Origin: Candidatus Heimdallarchaeota archaeon
GTDB lineage: Archaea; Asgardarchaeota; Heimdallarchaeia; Heimdallarchaeales; Heimdallarchaeaceae
Assembly (NCBI GenBank): GCA_021399345.1
Contig: JAAFKI010000112.1
Coordinates: 96,001-160,000, forward strand
DNA length: 64,000 nt
Direction of reading: 5' to 3'
Every line of letters begins with the position of its first letter. Positions within the stretch are counted from its first letter, which is position 1. Shown here one piece after another: positions 10,937 to 17,299 of the stretch. The position numbers and the translations under genes are program-made. The notes under the pieces are model-generated. The model saw only the letters and a list, made by a program, of their open reading frames with translations. It did no database searches and was not told the origin of the DNA.

Positions 10937-12235
10937 TCATCCATAAATTGATGTATCTGCGAATGTTTCAGGAAAGTCTTCGTCTTCGAAATCTTCTGGT
11001 TTCTGACTTGGTGAAGATTTTTTATCTTGTGAAGGTTTAGTCTTAGGAAATCGACCATGTCTTTCACGATCTTGTTCTCTTTCTTGTTTGTATAAGTAAT
11101 ATCTTCGGATGTCTTTCTTCATAAACATCTCAATACGTCTAATCATATTCCTTTCTTCGCCATCTATTAGAGAGATTGCGACACCTGCTCTTTCCATCCT
11201 TGAAGTTCTTCCTATTCTATGAATATAATTTTCAGGATTTCCGATAGGTAGATCATAATTGAAGATATGAGAAACGTGAGGGATGTCTAATCCTCTTGCT
11301 GCGACATCTGTAGCAATAAGACATGTGATTTTATCTTTTCTAAACTCTCGCATAGAAATTTCTCTTTGTCTTTGTGACATATCTCCCTGAAGCGCACCTA
11401 CCCTCATATGGATTCTTTTATCGTTGGTCAGTTTTCGCTCCAGGTTTGCACCCCATCTTTTAGTATTAACAAAAACAATACTTGATTTTGGTTTTTCTCT
11501 TAATAGAATATTAACAAAGGAGTTGTATTTTTTCTTAGGATCCGGTACTTCATAGTAATATTGTTTGCAAGAACCTACAGTCAAATCATCTCTACTAACA
11601 TCTATCTCTACGATGTTCTCTTCTAAACTATAATCAAGCATTATGTCTTTTACTTCAGGTAGCATAGTAGCTGAGAACAGAAGAAATCTAGGGTAGACAT
11701 CTTTCATTGCTTCAAATAGAATATAATTAACATCTGGGAGAAATCCCATATCGAGCATGCGATCAGCCTCGTCAAGTACTACAAAACTCACTTCTCTGAA
11801 AGAAATTGCTTTTCTATTGAATAAATCTATTAGTCTTCCAGGAGTGGCTACAACAATCTGAGCTCCTGAGCGGATATTTTCTATTTGTCTGTTGATGGAA
11901 ACTCCTCCATAAACCTCAACAGCTTTTAATCTTCTATGTGTATTCAGTTTGGTAATTACTGTATAAACTTGTTTACATAACTCTCTTGTAGGAACTAAAA
12001 TTACTGCTTGAACTTTTCTTAGTGTGGGGTCGAGTTCTTCGGTAATTGGTATAGCGAAAGCTAATGTCTTTCCTGTACCTGTTTTAGCTTGCGATAAAAT
12101 ATGTGTTTTTTCTCCCTTTAGTATCTCGGGAATAGCTTTTTCTTGAATATCTGTGGGTGTATGAATTCCCATTTCTTGTAAAGCTTGCTTTATTTGGTCA
12201 TTAATCTTGTAATCTTTAAATTTCATTAGTATCAT
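10937..12235 (-). CDS. DEAD-box RNA helicase
   Basis: Q motif, AKTGTGKT, PTREL, TPGRL, DEAD, SAT, ARGLD, HRIGRTSR. Confidence 0.96.
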   Translation of the reverse strand: MILMKFKDYKINDQIKQALQEMGIHTPTDIQEKAIPEILKGEKTHILSQAKTGTGKTLAFAIPITEELDPTLRKVQAVILVPTRELCKQVYTVITKLNTHRRLKAVEVYGGVSINRQIENIRSGAQIVVATPGRLIDLFNRKAISFREVSFVVLDEADRMLDMGFLPDVNYILFEAMKDVYPRFLLFSATMLPEVKDIMLDYSLEENIVEIDVSRDDLTVGSCKQYYYEVPDPKKKYNSFVNILLREKPKSSIVFVNTKRWGANLERKLTNDKRIHMRVGALQGDMSQRQREISMREFRKDKITCLIATDVAARGLDIPHVSHIFNYDLPIGNPENYIHRIGRTSRMERAGVAISLIDGEERNMIRRIEMFMKKDIRRYYLYKQEREQDRERHGRFPKTKPSQDKKSSPSQKPEDFEDEDFPETFADTSIYG

Positions 12236-12486
12236 TCGTGTATCTTTTTAATCAAACTAAGTATCATTATGACGAATGTTTTCGCTTCAAATTTTTTCAT
12301 AGTTTTAATTTTTGAACAAGATAGAAATTCTATTTTTCTTATCTTCTTCAACTCTAAGCTACTTAATTTTTCTAGCTTTAAAAGACTTTGTTATTGCAAC
12401 TTTAAGAGCTAAACCTTCTAATACTGAAATTCATCAGAATGGAAAAATTTAGGAGAAAGAAAGAGGTCACTACATAATACTTATAA

Positions 12487-12510
12487 TTTGTACAGTATTC
12501 CAAGTACAAA
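12487..12510. promoter_or_regulatory. Palindrome TTTGTAC-N10-GTACAAA directly after the TTATAA box of paralog 2
   Basis: ttataa(12481)tttgtac agtattccaa gtacaaa; ATG at 12525. Confidence 0.5.
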
Positions 12511-12524
12511 AAGTTGAATGAAGA

Positions 12525-12886
12525 ATGCCAGATATACCAAATAAAGAAAAACAAGAGATCAGAATATTGGCAGAGGATTTCAGTTGTTTAATTGCAACCC
12601 TTTCATTCAAAAAGGCTCTTATATCTTCTATGAAGTTTTCAAGTCTCTCTATAGTAGATCAGCTAGATGGAGATATTGTTTGATTTGTGGTAATATAGAT
12701 TTACCTACGGATTTTATCCATAAGGATCCAAACTACCCCCAAGTATCTTGTCACAAAATCCAGTCACTAATACCAACTTCTTGGATGAAACTAAGAGATT
12801 TCTTCATTAAAAGTAATTATAAGAAACTCCTCAAAGCAATGGGGGTTCAAAATGTAGAAAAAAAGACAACCAGTGCCTCTAATTAA
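12525..12886 (+). pseudogene. CxxC family paralog 2, split by a 1-nt deletion near 12621 (pseudogene or sequencing error)
   Basis: Frame from ATG 12525 gives MPDIPNKEKQEIRILAEDFSCLIATLSFKKAL, which aligns without gaps to the paralog N-termini. The family core IFYEVFKSLYSRSARWRYCLICG...TSWMKLRDFF is in the 12584 frame. Confidence 0.75.
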
Positions 12887-12913
12887 ATAAAATGTAAGAA
12901 TAATCCTTTAGAT

Positions 12914-13390
12914 TTAGGATGTCTCCCCAATTTTTATTGCTTCAGGCAATTTGTTTTCTTCTGCAACTGCAAATATTTCGCGTATTATTGGTATCTGATC
13001 CGGTTTGTCTGTTACTCCTGCATTTTCTAGAGCTCTTATATGCTTCTTTGACATGAAGAAGTCTCTCAGTTTATACCATGATGTAGTAATTAAAACAGGA
13101 AAACGATTCGTACCTAAAGTGCATTCATGGATTCTCTCTTTTAATTCAGATTTCTTCTCTTCTGAATACTTATCACCACCAAGCTCTCCATCATCAATCA
13201 TCAACTCGGTGGGTTCAATAATCCCACACTTAAGACAGAATTTCCACCTGGCAGATCTAATATACAGTGCTTCAAAAGTTTCTGAATAAACTAATAGCCC
13301 TTCATTGAAGGGAGATACCCATAATCCCATTGCATAGCGTCTTGCAATTGATTTTATAAATGATTTTTCAGCATTTGATATTTTTGGCAT
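12914..13390 (-). CDS. CxxC...HxC family paralog 3 (158 aa)
   Basis: MPKISNAEK start with GGGGTG RBS; RSARWKFCLKCG...IHEC...PVLITTSWYKLRDFF. Confidence 0.85.
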   Translation of the reverse strand: MPKISNAEKSFIKSIARRYAMGLWVSPFNEGLLVYSETFEALYIRSARWKFCLKCGIIEPTELMIDDGELGGDKYSEEKKSELKERIHECTLGTNRFPVLITTSWYKLRDFFMSKKHIRALENAGVTDKPDQIPIIREIFAVAEENKLPEAIKIGETS

Positions 13391-13601
13391 ACTACACCCC
13401 TTGCCATTATGATTGAATCCATACCGACATATTAAGGTATCTCTATAACCTCTGCATAGATATCCGAAGATATAATAGTGAATCTGAAAGCACTCTTCCA
13501 AAATAGGTAAATATGAGGTATATATTATGTAAAAAATAATTGATTCTCGTTTCAAGATTCAAAAAAAAAAATGAATTAAGGACTAATATTCAACATGATA
13601 C

Positions 13602-13751
13602 TTAAAATGACTGAGATAAAGCAGATAAGGAGAGCAATCCAATTACTATTAAAACACATATGGAGATAGCATAAACTAGAAACATACCAAAATAGGATCT
13701 TGCTTTTTCCATTCTAGCTTTTCTTTTTATCTGATTAATATTTGACATCAT
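13602..13751 (-). CDS. 49-aa basic + single-TM microprotein (operon A, last gene)
   Basis: MMSNINQIKRKARMEKARSYFGMFLVYAISICVLIVIGLLSLSALSQSF; GAGGTGA RBS; same length as, and homologous to, 15563..15712. Confidence 0.8.
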   Translation of the reverse strand: MMSNINQIKRKARMEKARSYFGMFLVYAISICVLIVIGLLSLSALSQSF

Positions 13752-13769
13752 TTTTATTTCACCTCTTTT

Positions 13770-13910
13770 GTGATCAGCTTCTTTGTACTCCACCAGAAGA
13801 GGATGGGTACTTTCCTGACCGTGCACAACTGTTTGTGGTGAAGTTGACTAATCTTGCCATGCGTCCTCTACCTAGTTATGGGGAGATGTAGGAAAGAGAA
13901 GCATGGGTGT
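13770..13910 (-). ncRNA. Putative structured 5' leader or small RNA upstream of the 49-aa gene
   Basis: Minus-strand stems ccatgc/gcatgg + ttctc/gagga + ccta/tagg, caact/agttg, ggtcag/ctgatc + gtac/gtac; G-U pairs favour minus strand; starts about 20 nt after TATATAAA (13926-13933). Confidence 0.45.
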
Positions 13911-13925
13911 TTTTTTTTCTTCGGG

Positions 13926-13934
13926 TTTATATAT
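13926..13934. promoter_or_regulatory. TATA box, possibly bidirectional, between the two structured regions
   Basis: TTTATATAT, flanked on both sides by structured GC-rich DNA starting 20-30 nt away. Confidence 0.5.
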
Positions 13935-13949
13935 GAAAGTACACATAGA

Positions 13950-14345
13950 AAGCTAGATAGTGTGCGCTTCAGCACCTGCCTGTTTCGCAACTACACAAGT
14001 GGTTGTCTCTCAGTGAACTTACAATGAAACGGGGAGCCTAGCTAGCTCTATGCTGAAGGTCCACTTACTATTCCAGAACAAAGTCTGGATGACTTCCCCT
14101 CAACGCACGTGAGGGGACCCACTTAAACGACGGTTAGAAAGCCTCTGGCAAGTTTAACCAAGTTTCATAACGTGCGTGATACAGGTATCAGGGGAGCAAG
14201 ATGAAAAACTTGCAGCACACGAACATTCATCTTAGCTCAGATCCTGATCCTTAGCAGACGAAGTGTCTGCGGTAGTGAGTGTTTCAGCAAGAAACAATCA
14301 GCGCGATAGAGATCAACCAGATAGAAGGTTGATCAAGATATAATC
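13950..14345 (+). ncRNA. Large (~400 nt) structured non-coding RNA of unknown class
   Basis: No ORF; about 45-50% GC by hand count in an AT-rich window; 8 or more stems, 2-3 long-range/pseudoknot pairings; G-U pairs favour the + strand. Confidence 0.65.
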
Positions 14346-14399
14346 ATAAATGCAAGAAGAATAAGAAGAGGAAAAGTGGTTAAATCACTTCTCTAAATC

Positions 14400-14543
14400 T
14401 TATAGATATCTTACTGCTACTAGAGCTCCTCCAAAAACTACACCAAGAGCATATAGAAATACTGGCAGAGCGATTCGGAGAATTCTCCAGAGATGTACAA
14501 CTGGTCTTTCAATTTTATAGATCCATTGTGGTCTGTTTATCAT
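14400..14543 (-). CDS. 47-aa single-TM microprotein (operon A), not in the ORF track
   Basis: MINRPQWIYKIERPVVHLWRILRIALPVFLYALGVVFGGALVAVRYL; GGAGGTGAAAAAGA-ATG identical to the RBS of 16205; RP..L.RIL...LP shared with the N-terminus of 15789..16205. Confidence 0.8.
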   Translation of the reverse strand: MINRPQWIYKIERPVVHLWRILRIALPVFLYALGVVFGGALVAVRYL

Positions 14544-14589
14544 TCTTTTTCACCTCCAAGTCGATTATAGAAAAAGGGAAAGCTTCAGC

Positions 14590-14736
14590 TTACCCTGCAA
14601 GAGGGTATTGCTGAAAAGCTAAACTTAAACGAGCTTTAGATCTGAGGGCGCGACGAGCTTTCTTGAGCTGCTTTAACTCCTTTTGGAGTCCCCTAACCTT
14701 TTGATCCAACAAGTTTGAAACTTCATCATGGTTCAT
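14590..14736 (-). CDS. 48-aa basic coiled-coil microprotein (operon A, first gene), not in the ORF track
   Basis: MNHDEVSNLLDQKVRGLQKELKQLKKARRALRSKARLSLAFQQYPLAG; AGGTGA RBS; paralog of 16644..16790. Confidence 0.85.
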   Translation of the reverse strand: MNHDEVSNLLDQKVRGLQKELKQLKKARRALRSKARLSLAFQQYPLAG

Positions 14737-14763
14737 TTTTTTTCACCTTGTGAATTCTTTCAC

Positions 14764-14977
14764 ATGTAGGACTTGTTGCGACATCATATATAAGGGGCTT
14801 TGAGTAGGAAAATGTTGTCACAAAGAAAAAGGCTAATGTCGGACTATGTGCGACATCTTAAACATATGTGTAAAGGCTTGCACACACGCAATTCACCTAT
14901 TTAGAAACGTTAAACAACAGTTAAAGGGCTTTTCAGATTTGCGGTAAAAATTACCTATAATATTAATAAGATGTCGC
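14764..14977 (-). promoter_or_regulatory. Operon A promoter with type-A operators ATGT(C/A)GGA-N5-TGCGACAT
   Basis: atgtaggacttgttgcgacat 14764-14784 next to TATA 14786-14793; atgtcggactatgtgcgacat 14836-14856; half-site gatgtcgc 14970-14977. Confidence 0.7.
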
Positions 14978-15017
14978 CTTTAAGACAACTTGAAAGAACA
15001 AAAAAAAGATTATAAAA

Positions 15018-15458
15018 CTACCCTATTCGATCAGTGGAATCAGCTTTAGATTTTGCCTTAGATGAGGAAGAGGCTACAATCTCTGAAACCTCAGGATAAG
15101 TGGTAACTGTAACTGCTTCAACTTCTTGATCTGTCTCTACTCCAATCTTATGAAGTGCCTTAACACGTTTATCTGTTAAGAAGAAGTCAGCCATTTTAAT
15201 CCAACTAGTAGTCACCAAAACAGGGAAACTATTAAAATCTAATGCACAATTATGGGTATCTTCAGTTAAATCTTGTATTGTATCAATAGCTCCACATTTC
15301 AAACATATTCTTAAGCGAGAAGATTTTTTGTATAAATCATTCATTGTTTCCTGATACAAATGTAAGCCTTGATTAAGCGGAGCATCCCATAAGTCAATAG
15401 CAAAGTGTTTTGCTCGGGATCGAATTACTTTCTTTTTTGCATTAGACATATCTGCCAT
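15018..15458 (-). CDS. CxxC...HxC family paralog 4
   Basis: MADMSNAKK start (GAGGA RBS; alternative ATG 15470); KSSRLRICLKCG...THNC...PVLVTTSWIKMADFF. Confidence 0.85.
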   Translation of the reverse strand: MADMSNAKKKVIRSRAKHFAIDLWDAPLNQGLHLYQETMNDLYKKSSRLRICLKCGAIDTIQDLTEDTHNCALDFNSFPVLVTTSWIKMADFFLTDKRVKALHKIGVETDQEVEAVTVTTYPEVSEIVASSSSKAKSKADSTDRIG

Positions 15459-15468
15459 TTGTATCCTC

Positions 15469-15498
15469 ATGTATTATTAAGTCCTACATCATTTAAAG
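15469..15498 (-). promoter_or_regulatory. Promoter of paralog 4: TTTAAAT followed by a type-A operator
   Basis: Minus strand ctttaaat-g-ATGTAGGACTTaataaTACAT; first 11 nt identical to the 14764 operator. Confidence 0.65.
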
Positions 15499-15562
15499 TT
15501 TGTCCCTTTGGCACAAATTTCCTATTCTTGGTTAAAGTATTAAATTTATAAAAAAAGAGAGC

Positions 15563-15712
15563 TTAAGATAAGTTTGCTAGAGATAAAAATGCTACTACAA
15601 ACAAAGCAACTGAAAACACTATGAGTATTGTATACCCCAGGAGTGTTCCTACGTTTGTTCTTGTTTTTTCTATCCACATTTTTCTTCTAGTGTTATTTAC
15701 GTTTTTAGCCAT
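15563..15712 (-). CDS. 49-aa basic + single-TM microprotein (operon B, last gene), not in the ORF track
   Basis: MAKNVNNTRRKMWIEKTRTNVGTLLGYTILIVFSVALFVVAFLSLANLS; GAGGTGG RBS; homologous to 13602..13751. Confidence 0.8.
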   Translation of the reverse strand: MAKNVNNTRRKMWIEKTRTNVGTLLGYTILIVFSVALFVVAFLSLANLS

Positions 15713-15788
15713 TTATACCACCTCGGTTTTGTTTCTAAAAAAATTCGAAAGAAGAAAATGATTTTGATCACTTTCTTCCTCGTTACAA

Positions 15789-16205
15789 TTATCTAACTAC
15801 ATATATGTCAGCATTTGTTTTAGTAGACCTAACTAAAACACATTCTACACCATCAACTATAGATATTCTAGTTAATTCCTCAGTCACATCATCAACTGCA
15901 TCTAATCTAACTAAATCAACAACAGCTGTGTTACCTAAAGCTGCTCTAACCACATATATATCAGCATAATTAATCTCATTAGTTCTGAGTACTTCAATTG
16001 CAGCATTATCTACTGAAGCAATTATCACATATTCAGAGTAATTTTCATTTGCAGCTACAACATTATTATAGGATAAGTTTATACTGGCTAGAGATACAAT
16101 CAAAGCTACGATCAATGGTAGAGATACTAATAATATTCTAGTTAGGTTAATTTCAGGTCTAGTAAAATTTAGTCGAGCTAATAATTCTTTAACAGATCTT
16201 TTCAT
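15789..16205 (-). CDS. Single-TM protein followed by about six 13-residue beta-type repeats (operon B)
   Basis: TM LTRILLVSLPLIVALIVSLA; repeats end in IEVLR, IYVVR, VDLVR, EELTR, CVLVR, IYVVR; 39-bp DNA periodicity. Confidence 0.8.
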   Translation of the reverse strand: MKRSVKELLARLNFTRPEINLTRILLVSLPLIVALIVSLASINLSYNNVVAANENYSEYVIIASVDNAAIEVLRTNEINYADIYVVRAALGNTAVVDLVRLDAVDDVTEELTRISIVDGVECVLVRSTKTNADIYVVR

Positions 16206-16336
16206 TCTTTTTCACCTCCTAGAATTTTTCTTTTTTCTCCTGAATCTTTTTCAAGTAATTGTAAAAAATTAATGAACCCTTCATGGGCTCGGATTTGATC
16301 GTTCAGAGAGAGAGTTGTTTTAAACAGTGTATTCAC
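16202..16336 (-). CDS. Possible 44-aa microprotein (operon B)
   Basis: GTG start after GGTGA; MNTLFKTTLSLNDQIRAHEGFINFLQLLEKDSGEKRKILGGEKE; stop overlaps the next ATG (ATGA) and the ORF fills the gap. Confidence 0.5.
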   Translation of the reverse strand: MNTLFKTTLSLNDQIRAHEGFINFLQLLEKDSGEKRKILGGEKE

Positions 16337-16345
16337 CTTCACCAA

Positions 16346-16606
16346 TTAATAGTAAAGCGACCCAAACAGGAGCAATTTTTGAGCAAGTGCTTTGTCCTTA
16401 GCCTTTCTCACTTTGTTCTCTATGCTTTCCCTGGAAATCTCTTTATCAGGTCGGGACTTTTTGTTATCGCGATCAGATAATCCTTCCATAAGTTGCTTGA
16501 TGAAAGAATAATAGAGATCCTCATCAATAAATTCAAAATCATACAAAACTTTCATATTGTCAATTACTATTTGGCGCACTGTTTCTACTTGAACTTTGGA
16601 TGCCAT
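16346..16606 (-). CDS. 86-aa hypothetical protein (operon B)
   Basis: GAGGTGA RBS; acidic/aromatic N-half, basic helical C-half. Confidence 0.75.
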   Translation of the reverse strand: MASKVQVETVRQIVIDNMKVLYDFEFIDEDLYYSFIKQLMEGLSDRDNKKSRPDKEISRESIENKVRKAKDKALAQKLLLFGSLYY

Positions 16607-16643
16607 TCATTTCACCTCTATTTGAAAATGGTAAGACTCTAGC

Positions 16644-16790
16644 TTACCCGTAAATCAGGTATTTCCTGATTGGAAATCTAGAACGAGCTTTTGCTCTTCT
16701 AGTGCGACGAGCTCTTTTGAGCTTATTCAACTCCTTGCGGAGTGCCTTAATCTTTCGGTCCAAAATTATACTTACTTCTTGTTTATACAT
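16644..16790 (-). CDS. 48-aa highly basic coiled-coil microprotein (operon B), not in the ORF track
   Basis: MYKQEVSIILDRKIKALRKELNKLKRARRTRRAKARSRFPIRKYLIYG; GAGGTG RBS; same length and DNA-level similarity to 14590..14736. Confidence 0.85.
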   Translation of the reverse strand: MYKQEVSIILDRKIKALRKELNKLKRARRTRRAKARSRFPIRKYLIYG

Positions 16791-16801
16791 TTCTTTACAC
16801 C

Positions 16802-16990
16802 TCAAATGTTTGCAAATCTCCTCAGGTTCAGGTTAGAGTAGAAGCTAATGGTTGCAGTCAGGTATTGCTCATAGATATCCAAGTTCTTGTCTGAATATCG
16901 GTTGGATAGAGTTTTCATGAGTTTATTGAGATCCTCGTAAAGTCTTCGAACCTCGGGATCCAGCAGTTTTTTTATTTCGTTTTTGTTCAT
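16802..16990 (-). CDS. 62-aa helical microprotein (operon B, first gene), distant paralog of the 48-aa proteins
   Basis: MNKNEIKKLLDPEVRRLYEDLNKL aligns with MNHDEVSNLLDQKVRGLQKELKQL; AGGTG RBS. Confidence 0.75.
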   Translation of the reverse strand: MNKNEIKKLLDPEVRRLYEDLNKLMKTLSNRYSDKNLDIYEQYLTATISFYSNLNLRRFANI

Positions 16991-17016
16991 TTTTTTACAC
17001 CTTAGGATTGGTTCTA

Positions 17017-17271
17017 TTACAGCATTGTGCAGTAACCTATTTAAGCATCGTTGTGCAGTAATAAATTACCGCATTTTGCAGTAATAAAAGAAATATTATT
17101 AAAAACGACAAAATGACCATATAGGCGATATTTATGCTTATGAACTCGTATAACCCCTTCAATAAATGCCATAAATAGGGGCAAATATTTCCGCTTAAGT
17201 GATTTTATTTGCAGTAATAATATGACTTTGGGAAATTATTACCTTGAGATATACATATATATATTACTGCA
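17017..17271. promoter_or_regulatory. Divergent promoter region with five TGCAGTAA(TA) type-B operator elements
   Basis: TTACaGCA-ttg-TGCAGTAA 17017-17035 next to TATA 17038-17044; TGCAGTAATA at 17054; TTACcGCA-ttt-TGCAGTAA from 17066; TGCAGTAATA at 17210; inverted TATTACTGCA 17262-17271 just after the TATA run of paralog 5. Confidence 0.8.
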
Positions 17272-17299
17272 AACAATAATATAGATAGGAGGTAAAATC

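Noticed and set aside
13391-13555. N-terminal extension of ORF 12914..13555
   Set aside because: Paralogs begin at MPKIS; the extension covers the RBS and promoter
13752-13826. N-terminal extension of ORF 13602..13826
   Set aside because: RBS and the 49-aa paralog define the start at 13751; the extension lies in the structured leader
13950-14350. Group I or group II intron, RNase P RNA or SRP RNA identity (GTGCG at 13962, AAGATATAATC at 14335, GGGAGCAAG at 14192, GAAGGTCC at 14055)
   Set aside because: Only isolated motif resemblances. I could not find group II domain V/VI, a properly placed P7 5' strand, RNase P CR-V or an SRP helix-8 GNRA loop, and no gene is interrupted. Needs cmscan to exclude firmly.
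16283-16480. 65-aa + strand ORF, and likewise 13005..13289, 17239..17502 and 17417..17665
   Set aside because: Antisense shadows of better-supported genes
17017-17271. CRISPR array
   Set aside because: Repeats are 8-10 bp, irregularly spaced, in both orientations, and no cas genes are present
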